A stretch of 64,000 nucleotides of DNA from a virus (lineage: Duplodnaviria; Caudoviricetes). The stretch lies in the IMG/VR virus record IMGVR_UViG_3300014590_000001, positions 128,001-192,000 of that record. One strand, 5' to 3'. Under the pieces are notes generated by a model. It made no database searches. It had not been told where the DNA came from and worked only from the letters and a program-made list of their open reading frames with translations. Within the stretch, counting starts at the first letter, position 1. Every line of letters starts with the position of its first letter. Positions 47,914 through 56,144 of this stretch are shown piece by piece. A program made the position numbers and the translations under genes.

Positions 47914-48255
47914 TTAGCTCCAGCGCGGGAATCCGTTCTCGTCATACAGGACAATAAGAGCCGTTGACGTGTGGCGATGCCCGACCAGCGATTGCTGAAG
48001 TTCTTCATCAGGGATTTCTTTGAGGTGCGTAGCAGTCTCATAAAACTTTCTTGCTGCCGCAGAGTCGGAGAAACACCAGCGATATTTCATGATCTCCATT
48101 TTGGTTATGCCGACACAAACAGCTAACGAAAACGCGAGAGAAATAATCCCAATCCATTCCCCATCAGGAAGACGACGCACACAATGAAAGTTGCTTTCGT
48201 TTTTCAACCACGCTTCAACTTCTTCGTCGGTCATATCAGGAAATGCGTTAACCAT
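47914..48255 (-). CDS. hypothetical phage protein
   Basis: 113 aa. Confidence 0.7.
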   Translation of the reverse strand: MVNAFPDMTDEEVEAWLKNESNFHCVRRLPDGEWIGIISLAFSLAVCVGITKMEIMKYRWCFSDSAAARKFYETATHLKEIPDEELQQSLVGHRHTSTALIVLYDENGFPRWS

Positions 48256-48282
48256 TTTTATACTCTCTTTGCAGGTGAAACG

Positions 48283-48314
48283 AAAAATGGGAATGAGCTT
48301 TCGCCCACTCCCAA
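48283..48314 (-). terminator. intrinsic terminator
   Basis: TGGGAGTGGGC-GAAA-GCTCATTCCCA-TTTTT. Confidence 0.8.
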
Positions 48315-48318
48315 TGTT

Positions 48319-48567
48319 TTATTTTTGGATGGAATCTACAACATCGCCCAAACCCATCGCACGTAAAAGTGCAGCCGGATCGTTTTGCTGTTCATCCCAA
48401 CCTTTTCCGGTTCGAATTTCCGCAGACTCAACACGATCAACGTTGACCATGAAATCTGCGAGAGCATTACGAAACTCTGCTTCAGTTTCGTTTTCGTTTG
48501 GTTGACGGAAACCGCGTTGTGCTGCGCGAGCTTTCAGAGAATCGAAATCAGGAAATGACATTGGCAT
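48319..48567 (-). CDS. hypothetical phage protein
   Basis: 82 aa. Confidence 0.7.
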   Translation of the reverse strand: MPMSFPDFDSLKARAAQRGFRQPNENETEAEFRNALADFMVNVDRVESAEIRTGKGWDEQQNDPAALLRAMGLGDVVDSIQK

Positions 48568-48577
48568 AACGTTTACC

Positions 48578-48931
48578 TTAGTAGAGAAGTTTTAAACGGT
48601 AGCAGCGGCCTTTGAAACCGCCGTTGTAAAAATTGCCGCGCTCGATAGAGGCTTGCGACCATTCTTGTTCGTCTTTAACACGTCGCTCAACTTCACGCAT
48701 ATCGTCATGCGAAACATTGGCGAGGATTTCGAAATCAGGAAACAATACCTGAATTCCTTTTTCGCCGTCTTCAACCTGTTCGTGAGTGAAGCCAGCAATA
48801 ACAGGGAAGCCGGAAGCGGCAAGAATCGCGAATTGAACAACGCAATCTAACGTGTCAGCCTCGGACAACTCTGAACGGAAACTATTTTCTTTTAAAACCA
48901 ACTCTCGAAAGATTGCGCTGTTCATTTTCAT
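48578..48931 (-). CDS. hypothetical protein
   Basis: 117 aa, GAGG RBS. Confidence 0.7.
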   Translation of the reverse strand: MKMNSAIFRELVLKENSFRSELSEADTLDCVVQFAILAASGFPVIAGFTHEQVEDGEKGIQVLFPDFEILANVSHDDMREVERRVKDEQEWSQASIERGNFYNGGFKGRCYRLKLLY

Positions 48932-48942
48932 ACTACACCTCT

Positions 48943-49308
48943 TTAGGATTCTTGCAGACAGGCAGGAACGGAAACAACCACACCTGCATAGTCATTGATT
49001 AAAACTTTGTACGCAGCGTGTGCCATCTTTTCTGCGCGTTGGATGTTTCGAGTTTCAGGCGATTGCGCCGTCCACCCGTCGGTACTGTTCCAACTAAATT
49101 CGATATGCTTCTCTTCGACTTCATGGAACAATTGGAAATCAACAGTGCGTGAAGCGGAGAAATGTTTCACGCCCGTAACGATGCCGTTAGCGTCTTCAAC
49201 ATAGCGCGTAGAAACAATTGGATTGCAGCCGTTCATCTTTGCCAGATACCAGTGCATTGCTTCTTCCGAAAGATCCGCTACGTGAACAATAACCATTTCG
49301 TTTTTCAT
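48943..49308 (-). CDS. hypothetical protein
   Basis: 121 aa, GAGG RBS. Confidence 0.7.
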   Translation of the reverse strand: MKNEMVIVHVADLSEEAMHWYLAKMNGCNPIVSTRYVEDANGIVTGVKHFSASRTVDFQLFHEVEEKHIEFSWNSTDGWTAQSPETRNIQRAEKMAHAAYKVLINDYAGVVVSVPACLQES

Positions 49309-49314
49309 AATCCC

Positions 49315-49686
49315 TCACACGATGTTGTTATGTTTAGCGCCGACTTCCCAAATCCACGGACGATGAAGATCGCTGCGATGTTTGGAAAGTTCTTTAGCGT
49401 ATGCTGCATCAACCTGAACAAGTTCAGTGTTTATGATTTCAGAATAGCATTCGCCTTGCGAAAGTTGTTTTTGTTGTTGGATAAAACTTTTGAACGCTTC
49501 GAGATTTTGTTTTGTTTCGAGATAAACAAAACCGTCAGGACGTTTACCCACACCGCGCTCACGTTCGATCATGTGACACACGATAACAATGTTTGGAATG
49601 CCGACAGCAGGACGAAGTTCTTCGCCAGTGTTCGGACAGAAATGTTTAGTATCCGACATCATCAGCCATCCCCTGCGTTTGAACAT
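49315..49686 (-). CDS. hypothetical protein (start may be about 49659)
   Basis: 123 aa ORF. Confidence 0.65.
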   Translation of the reverse strand: MFKRRGWLMMSDTKHFCPNTGEELRPAVGIPNIVIVCHMIERERGVGKRPDGFVYLETKQNLEAFKSFIQQQKQLSQGECYSEIINTELVQVDAAYAKELSKHRSDLHRPWIWEVGAKHNNIV

Positions 49687-50230
49687 AGACAGAATCTTTC
49701 TTCCGATTGTAATCGGCGGTCACGGTTACAACCATGTTGTTAGAAAGATGAACGCGACCTTTCCAGAATCCAGAATACTGTTCGGAAAAGTTATAGGCAC
49801 GTAGGCACGTAATGTTTGCGTCACGGTAAATATCAATCGTACTGACGACAGGACAAACATCAGCAGCAACGCGATCTGGATTTTTAGCATCGTCAATTTT
49901 GAATGACGTAAGCAAGTAGATAATCAGAATAACCAGATACGCCCACGCGACGTTTAAGTTTTTCTTGCCAGCACGTTTCTCACGCTTGAACATGTAGACC
50001 GGCATAAGCAGACACCAGAAAACATTTGGCGGGTTATCGACACCGTTTTTCATTAGTGTTTTCTGATCGCTATGAATGATCGCCATATTCATAATAACAG
50101 TGGCAACTGCGCCCCACACGAAATACTGATCAGGAACAGCGAAGTCCATAATCGAATACACGATGAAGATTAAAAAGAACGCTGCCAGATTCAGGCCATC
50201 GAAAGAACGTAAATCAAAAAACTTTTTCAC
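49646..50230 (-). CDS. multi-pass membrane protein
   Basis: 3-4 hydrophobic helices; GAGG RBS, GTG start. Confidence 0.7.
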   Translation of the reverse strand: MKKFFDLRSFDGLNLAAFFLIFIVYSIMDFAVPDQYFVWGAVATVIMNMAIIHSDQKTLMKNGVDNPPNVFWCLLMPVYMFKREKRAGKKNLNVAWAYLVILIIYLLTSFKIDDAKNPDRVAADVCPVVSTIDIYRDANITCLRAYNFSEQYSGFWKGRVHLSNNMVVTVTADYNRKKDSVYVQTQGMADDVGY

Positions 50231-50240
50231 AGGATTTTCC

Positions 50241-50336
50241 TCAGTTGAGAGAGATAACTATTAATAATGCAAGTGCAAGTAAAGTCCAAAACTTGCGCGT
50301 TGACATGCGGTATTTGATTTCACCGTACTGAACCAC
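50241..50336 (-). CDS. small membrane peptide (31 aa)
   Basis: GGAGG RBS, GTG start; ...RKFWTLLALALLIVISLN. Confidence 0.5.
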   Translation of the reverse strand: MVQYGEIKYRMSTRKFWTLLALALLIVISLN

Positions 50337-50337
50337 G

Positions 50338-50592
50338 TTAACGCCTCCGAGGGAATGGAAACGCTATTGCTACAGAGAATCCAAAATACATTGTGTACAA
50401 ACTTATCACCGGAATTTTAATATACGGCGGCAAGTGCCAAACTTTCACGTCCACATAAATGAACAAGAAATACAGAGCGAGGCCAGCAAAGAAACTAATT
50501 CGTGCCTTTGCTTTGGTGCCGAATAAGATCCGATACAAAGGAGAAGAAATCTTCTTTAGCGAAGACGATACTTTCTGAATCAAGATTGACAT
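50338..50592 (-). CDS. small two-TM membrane protein
   Basis: 84 aa, GGAG RBS. Confidence 0.6.
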   Translation of the reverse strand: MSILIQKVSSSLKKISSPLYRILFGTKAKARISFFAGLALYFLFIYVDVKVWHLPPYIKIPVISLYTMYFGFSVAIAFPFPRRR

Positions 50593-51256
50593 TGTGCTTC
50601 TCCAGCATGTGTTGAATCGCCTTTACCTCATGGCGTAAAAGTTTTGGCAACGCATCTTCGACAGGGCCACCGCCAAAAAGAATGTACGTGGCTTTATCGA
50701 TCAACTGCGCATCAGTTTGCGGTTCGCAACAGAAACACTGTTCACCCTTCACATACAGGCAAAGTCGCACACGTTGATTTGCGCCCGTTTGCTGAATGTG
50801 AAGTTCTGTAGAATAGTTTACAGTTTTGTCGCGAATGATGATTCGATCCGGAAACTCCGAAACAGATACGCCGCTCGCAGTATTGTTTTTCAGTGACTGC
50901 GCATAGACAACAGCAGTTTCAAAAAGCGGTGTGCGTTTGAAACTTTGTGCAGCGAGATATTTATAGATCGCGTCCATCGCCTGTTCCATTGTTTCGGCGT
51001 GAACCATATCGCTGAAAGTTCCCTGCGTACAAATCACATTCACGTAATGCAGGTCACTACGCATGATTGCGATTTCGCGCAAGTCGGCTGCGTCCTCATT
51101 CCACACAGCAGGACGCAACACCAATTTAAACTGCAACTGCGTTACAACTTTCGGCACAGCTACGCGCAGAATATCTTGCGTCTGCGCGTCCGGTTTGCTG
51201 CCTAAGAATTTAACGTACAGTTCATCAAACAAAGTTTCTTTTTTCTGCTTAGGCAT
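50495..51256 (-). CDS. hypothetical protein
   Basis: 253 aa. Confidence 0.7.
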   Translation of the reverse strand: MPKQKKETLFDELYVKFLGSKPDAQTQDILRVAVPKVVTQLQFKLVLRPAVWNEDAADLREIAIMRSDLHYVNVICTQGTFSDMVHAETMEQAMDAIYKYLAAQSFKRTPLFETAVVYAQSLKNNTASGVSVSEFPDRIIIRDKTVNYSTELHIQQTGANQRVRLCLYVKGEQCFCCEPQTDAQLIDKATYILFGGGPVEDALPKLLRHEVKAIQHMLEKHNVNLDSESIVFAKEDFFSFVSDLIRHQSKGTN

Positions 51257-51257
51257 T

Positions 51258-51488
51258 TTAGTCTCTCGTCATGATGGAATTTTTCAGACGCTTCAGCGCA
51301 TATTCGTTTTCGCGTTGCAGCATTTCGTCGGCGTCTTTCTGCGCGTCCAGAATATCGTTGACCATTTCTTCTTTCGAAGGTTCATCGTCATCATCCTGTA
51401 GATCGTCATACAGGCGATATTCATCCGCAACATCATGCAGAGTTTGGAGATCCATTGCCTCCAGTTCTTCGCGAGTTCTCTTACTCAT
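51258..51488 (-). CDS. small Rho-N/HeH-like protein
   Basis: TREELEAMDLQTLHDVADEYRL...SKEEMVNDILDAQ. Confidence 0.65.
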   Translation of the reverse strand: MSKRTREELEAMDLQTLHDVADEYRLYDDLQDDDDEPSKEEMVNDILDAQKDADEMLQRENEYALKRLKNSIMTRD

Positions 51489-51765
51489 TTGGTTTACCTT
51501 TACCGATGTATCCGATTTTCATTGTGAACAACAGGAACGTAATCACCAGCAGATTAGCGTTTAAGTTTTTCTGCGGTGACGGCATTTGCGTAAGTCCGAT
51601 ATGCAGCAGATGATGAATGCGATAGTCATTGTGCTTTCCGGAGCGCGTGAAATACCAGAGTTCCCAACCGATGCCTAATTCCAAAACGGCGCGACCAAAG
51701 AACCACGTTCCTTTAATTGATCGCTTGCCGTCTTTATGAATGTGCTTGCGCAGAAACTTTTTCAT
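51481..51765 (-). CDS. hypothetical protein
   Basis: 94 aa. Confidence 0.6.
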   Translation of the reverse strand: MKKFLRKHIHKDGKRSIKGTWFFGRAVLELGIGWELWYFTRSGKHNDYRIHHLLHIGLTQMPSPQKNLNANLLVITFLLFTMKIGYIGKGKPNE

Positions 51766-52181
51766 TTCTTTTGATGCCTAAGTCTGAAAACTTCCAGTAC
51801 GTAGCCGCCTGTCAGTCGCGTATCGAAACGACACTGCCACTGCGAATAAATATCCGTAAGGTGAGCATTTGCAAACTGCAATAGTTCGTGTGTTCCGGTA
51901 AAGCGCAACGAAACACGATAGCCGTGAAGTCTGCCGAAAAGGTTATCCACAAATTCTAAAAACTCTTTGCAGGAAACCATAGGGCAATCTTCAAGAACGG
52001 CAACAATCAAATACGAATCCGTTTTGACCGTCACGTTCGTTGTGCCGTCGCCAAATGAAACAGGCACAGCATTAAAAACGCGCTCAGTATTTCGAGCGCA
52101 ATCACGTACCATCCCCGAAATCAGGTTGCTTGCGTAATTATTCTGCATTGCGGTACGCCTCGATATTATAGAAAGGTTCAT
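51762..52181 (-). CDS. hypothetical protein (start may be 52148)
   Basis: ORF coupled to neighbours. Confidence 0.65.
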   Translation of the reverse strand: MNLSIISRRTAMQNNYASNLISGMVRDCARNTERVFNAVPVSFGDGTTNVTVKTDSYLIVAVLEDCPMVSCKEFLEFVDNLFGRLHGYRVSLRFTGTHELLQFANAHLTDIYSQWQCRFDTRLTGGYVLEVFRLRHQKK

Positions 52182-52656
52182 CGCTGATCTGACCTTCTTT
52201 CAACGGGCTGTAATACGTGCCGAGGCCAAACGGATCTTTGAAGTAGCAAACAAATCCTAAATCGAGGAGGAAGTTTTGGAAGAAATCTTCCAACGGATTT
52301 TCAACTGACAGAATAACTTTTCGTTCCTGACACTCTGCCATCAATGCGTACAGCAACGCAGTGAATAAATTTTTGCGGCGTAATGATTCAGGTAACTCGA
52401 TATTCGAAATGCAAAGATAGGAGTGACCGAAACGACCGTAACGCATCGCACCATAACGCATATAGCAACTGATTTTGCTGATCGGCTTGATGTATTCCGA
52501 TTCTGATTTGATAAACTTACGTTGCTCGACTTTTGCCAACTTGTCGAAAACTTGATTGACGAATGAATTAATGATCGGTTCAAATTCTTCCAGCGCAGCT
52601 TTAACGCGATTGATACGAGCAGCAGGAACGAGAGCCAGAATTTTATCAGTGTTCAT
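52138..52656 (-). CDS. GNAT-like acetyltransferase
   Basis: ISNIELPESLRRKNLFTALL (motif A-like) and FLLDLGF (motif B-like). Confidence 0.55.
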   Translation of the reverse strand: MNTDKILALVPAARINRVKAALEEFEPIINSFVNQVFDKLAKVEQRKFIKSESEYIKPISKISCYMRYGAMRYGRFGHSYLCISNIELPESLRRKNLFTALLYALMAECQERKVILSVENPLEDFFQNFLLDLGFVCYFKDPFGLGTYYSPLKEGQISDEPFYNIEAYRNAE

Positions 52657-53138
52657 TAGCAGAATCCTTTTTCAAATGTGTGAGCTTTTTCCCAACCAAA
52701 GAACATGCGAACAATTTCAACTTTATCTTCGCATGATTTATCTTTGCGGTTCAACCAAACGCGGAAGCAGTCGCGCAGTTCTTGCGTAGTTCCTTCTTCC
52801 GGTTCACCAATGCCTACCATCACTTCGAAAAGTTCGTCATGCGAGGCTTCGTCAAGCAGACGATCAACCACTTCTTGTCGGCGGCGATCTTTATCTTCTA
52901 AACAATTACGTTCGCCACGCAACACAGCTTGCACGTTGCTGGCAAAACGGCTTGATGCCAACATGCCTTGCTCAACCTCTTCAACAGACATGCAGTAATC
53001 AACACGCAGACGTTTACCTTCATAGTTGAAATAAACGTAGGGGTTGCCGTGACGTTCAACCATATCAATTTTGGTAACGGTGTGAACATCAGGCAGACGC
53101 GAAATGATCGCCTGAACGATTTCATTCATGGAGTACAT
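52656..53138 (-). CDS. hypothetical protein with SAP-like C-terminal motif
   Basis: ASHDELFEVMVGIGEPEEGTTQELRDCF. Confidence 0.7.
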   Translation of the reverse strand: MYSMNEIVQAIISRLPDVHTVTKIDMVERHGNPYVYFNYEGKRLRVDYCMSVEEVEQGMLASSRFASNVQAVLRGERNCLEDKDRRRQEVVDRLLDEASHDELFEVMVGIGEPEEGTTQELRDCFRVWLNRKDKSCEDKVEIVRMFFGWEKAHTFEKGFC

Positions 53139-53190
53139 AATATTTTTCCTTAAACGATTTAAGCGCCCGACCTACGAGCGCACGAATTAG

Positions 53191-53790
53191 TTAGGCAACG
53201 AGTGCAGTGATCGCGTCAACATGTTTCGCATCGCAACAACCTTCAACGAAAACGAAAGGACGCAAACCAAGCTGATTGTTTGACTTCATCATGAAGTAAT
53301 AAACAGCGTCGTCAACATACAGCGTTACGACAGGCTTAGTTAGTGAGAAGTGGAACGCAAAGTTAGTGCCTACCAGTTCCTGAATTTTGTACCAGACCGG
53401 AGCCAGCTTATTAATCACCGACTCAATGAGCATTTTGTTAATGAGTTTTTCGTCGCTCAGATCGGCAATGCAGGAATCCGACAGATTAGGTTCCTCGTCA
53501 TCAAACGTATTCATCAGGCCGTGAAGTTCTTTCGACAGCGGAGTGATAACGCGTTTAGGAAACATTTCATCTTCTGATTCTTGCAGCGCACAAGTGCGTC
53601 CATAAGAATCGACTGCAATAACTTCGTTGCCGTCACGGAACCAGAATTCAGTTTCGTCAATGCGCGGAACCCATTTGAGATCTTGCAGCGCTGTTACGTT
53701 CGGATGATTTTTGAAAATGCGCGTAACGATGGAACACGCAAATGGAACAGACAGAACACGCGGATCAACATTATCGGCTTTCTTGCTCAT
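53191..53790 (-). CDS. hypothetical protein
   Basis: 199 aa, AAGGA RBS. Confidence 0.7.
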   Translation of the reverse strand: MSKKADNVDPRVLSVPFACSIVTRIFKNHPNVTALQDLKWVPRIDETEFWFRDGNEVIAVDSYGRTCALQESEDEMFPKRVITPLSKELHGLMNTFDDEEPNLSDSCIADLSDEKLINKMLIESVINKLAPVWYKIQELVGTNFAFHFSLTKPVVTLYVDDAVYYFMMKSNNQLGLRPFVFVEGCCDAKHVDAITALVA

Positions 53791-53847
53791 GGTTTTTCCT
53801 TAGTAAAGTTTGGTTAAAGTTTTTGGTTGCAGGTGAAAAGTTTTTAG

Positions 53848-54168
53848 TTAGCTGCGATTGAATTGATTGCGATCCATCATTTCCATATAGAAGTGATAAT
53901 CGGTTTTGGAATAGTGCTTCGACAGAAAATCTTCGACCGCATTCCATTCACCGCGCAAAAGGAATTTTGTTTCTTCGCCACATTGAACAGTGATTGAAAC
54001 TGTCACGTCGCTTTGTTCCAAATCTTCGGCGCGAATATGATTCAGATCTTCGCGCTTCATAACAACATAGTTTGGGAGAGTTGTTGCGACCTGCCCGACG
54101 TGAATAGTGAGCGGTTCAACGGTTTTCAGGGAGTCGATCATGGATGCGATACGTGGAATAACGAGCAT
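53848..54168 (-). CDS. hypothetical protein
   Basis: 106 aa, first gene after P11. Confidence 0.7.
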   Translation of the reverse strand: MLVIPRIASMIDSLKTVEPLTIHVGQVATTLPNYVVMKREDLNHIRAEDLEQSDVTVSITVQCGEETKFLLRGEWNAVEDFLSKHYSKTDYHFYMEMMDRNQFNRS

Positions 54169-54218
54169 GGCGGTTTCCTTTATATAGGTGCAAATGGGCA
54201 GTGCGCCCGTGAGCCTCT

Positions 54219-54277
54219 ATAGTATCAAGGATTTAAGCCAAATTCGAGGGGTATTTTGGACAGAGATTTGCAGAGTT
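54219..54277 (-). promoter_or_regulatory. phage promoter P11 (TCGAAT-17-TACTAT)
   Basis: AACTCTGCAAATCTCTGTCCAAAAT, 28 nt, TACTAT. Confidence 0.8.
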
Positions 54278-54302
54278 GGAAGGGTAATGCAGTGGGAAAT
54301 TT

Positions 54303-54325
54303 AAAGGGCAGTTCCATTGCCCTTT
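54303..54325 (-). terminator. possible terminator hairpin
   Basis: AAAGGGCA-loop-TGCCCTTT after MTase stop. Confidence 0.55.
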
Positions 54326-54330
54326 GAGGA

Positions 54331-55656
54331 TTACGAGGAAAGCAGAGGACGATAATGCTTACGATAGCTTTTGGCGATCTTCTCTTTGGCAATATCGTAA
54401 TGTTCGTGACCTATTCCAATCAAATGGCGATTCAGTTTAGCGCACACAACACCGATTCTTCCTTTACCGATGTTTGGCGAGAAAACAGTTTGACCTTCCG
54501 TTGTGTTCGATAGAATAAGTTCGGTTAATTCTTCGACCGAGAGTTTTCTATCCAAGACAAAAGCGGAACCACCTTCTGATTTGATTCGAGAGATTTCGGA
54601 AATAGGCAGATCTGTTTTCTCAGCGATAACGAGATCAACACTTCCTTTTTTCACCTTGCGAATCTTTTTGCTGTCACGGAAAAGAACGAGTGGAACTTTC
54701 TTCTTCGCCAGATATTTTTCTGCAACATCATCAACGCGAGTTTTAGTGAGTGCAGCAAATTCTGGATTCAGTTCGCAAAGAATTGCGTTGCGATTTAAGA
54801 AAACTGAAACAGCGCCTGTAGTTCCTGAACCGCCAAACGGATCTAAAACCGTATCACCTTCTCGCGATCCTGCAAGAATACACGGCTTGATTAAATCCGG
54901 TGGATAAACTGCAAAGTGTGCGCCTTTAAACGGCTGACTTGCTAAAGTCCACACGCTACGTTTATTTGCTTTCGCATAACTTTTCTCAAGTCCGGAATGC
55001 GGCGTTAATCCGGTTCCTTCGTTGTGATATTTTCCATCCTTACGATTGCGAACGCCCCAATCTTGTTTGACCGGAGTTTTGATCGCTTCGTTATCGAAGT
55101 AGTATTTAGGTTTCTTCGACAGCAGGAAAACATATTCATGCGAACGCGTACAGCGATCACGAACGCTTTCCGGCATAGGAGAAAGTTTCTGCCAGATAAT
55201 ATCTTGTCGCAGATACCAGCCATCGGCACGTAAGGCAAAGGCCAGCATCCACGGAATGCCAATCAAATCTTTCTCTTTATATCCTTCCAGCTTCTGACCG
55301 CGCTTAGTTTGCGTTGTGTCTTTAGGCATCCCACGTTTATTCTTCGCAGTACGTTCACCGCCAAAACTATGAGCCGGATAATCCTCTTTGCTGCCTGGCC
55401 GATAGTTGTAATAGCTATCGCCAATGTTCAGCCACAACACGCCGTCATCTTTTAATGTGCGTCTTACTTCACGGAAAACTTCAACCAAAGATTGAATGTA
55501 TTCTTCCGGAGTTTTTTCTAATCCGATCTGCGCGTCATTTCCATAATCACGCAGACCATAATAAGGAGGACTAGTTACGCACATTTGAACACTGCTATCA
55601 GGAATCTTTTTAAGTTTCTTTTTGCAGTCTCCTACTAAAACTTTTAGCTTCGCCAT
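54331..55656 (-). CDS. beta-class N4-C/N6-A DNA methyltransferase with degenerate C-terminal MTase-like repeat
   Basis: TSPPY catalytic motif precedes VLDPFGGSGTT SAM motif; HFAVYP. Confidence 0.9.
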   Translation of the reverse strand: MAKLKVLVGDCKKKLKKIPDSSVQMCVTSPPYYGLRDYGNDAQIGLEKTPEEYIQSLVEVFREVRRTLKDDGVLWLNIGDSYYNYRPGSKEDYPAHSFGGERTAKNKRGMPKDTTQTKRGQKLEGYKEKDLIGIPWMLAFALRADGWYLRQDIIWQKLSPMPESVRDRCTRSHEYVFLLSKKPKYYFDNEAIKTPVKQDWGVRNRKDGKYHNEGTGLTPHSGLEKSYAKANKRSVWTLASQPFKGAHFAVYPPDLIKPCILAGSREGDTVLDPFGGSGTTGAVSVFLNRNAILCELNPEFAALTKTRVDDVAEKYLAKKKVPLVLFRDSKKIRKVKKGSVDLVIAEKTDLPISEISRIKSEGGSAFVLDRKLSVEELTELILSNTTEGQTVFSPNIGKGRIGVVCAKLNRHLIGIGHEHYDIAKEKIAKSYRKHYRPLLSS

Positions 55657-55835
55657 CGGGTATCCTTTATCCAAAGATTCTTGCCACTCGCTAAAACACG
55701 CCGCTTGAATTCTTCATCCGTGATAGGCATGTAGTGCCAATTATAGTCAGAAGTTTCATACGGCGAATAGGCTGCAATAGCAGTGCCGCGATATAACGCA
55801 GCATTTATGCAGAGGGCAAGAATTTTCTTGTTCAT
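55644..55835 (-). CDS. hypothetical protein
   Basis: 63 aa, AAGGA RBS. Confidence 0.6.
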   Translation of the reverse strand: MNKKILALCINAALYRGTAIAAYSPYETSDYNWHYMPITDEEFKRRVLASGKNLWIKDTRWRS

Positions 55836-55844
55836 TTGTATCCT

Positions 55845-56144
55845 TTAATTATCGTTAGTAACCATCATTTCAACTTTCCAATCAGTAGTTGGAAGTTCAA
55901 ACGTATAGCGCCAGCGTTTTTCCCCTACGCGCTCGATCAATCTTATTTTCCAGTTGCTGCCAATCTTACGCAGCACACGCGAAATATAAAACGTGCCAAG
56001 CGATGCACCTGCAACGAACCCAGGAATTAGCGGAACAATATCTTTCGAATCGACCGTTACAACTTTGTCTGCGAAATTTAATCCGGTAGGCAAAATTACT
56101 TTGGTAACGCCGAAAGAAATAAAAGCTAAACGTGCTTTATTCAT
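55845..56144 (-). CDS. hypothetical protein
   Basis: 99 aa. Confidence 0.6.
   Translation of the reverse strand: MNKARLAFISFGVTKVILPTGLNFADKVVTVDSKDIVPLIPGFVAGASLGTFYISRVLRKIGSNWKIRLIERVGEKRWRYTFELPTTDWKVEMMVTNDN

Noticed and set aside
6768-54277. Repeated 25-29 bp sequence as CRISPR repeats or att sites
   Set aside because: Copies are dispersed and degenerate, not separated by 30-40 nt spacers, and are in fixed register with -10 hexamers
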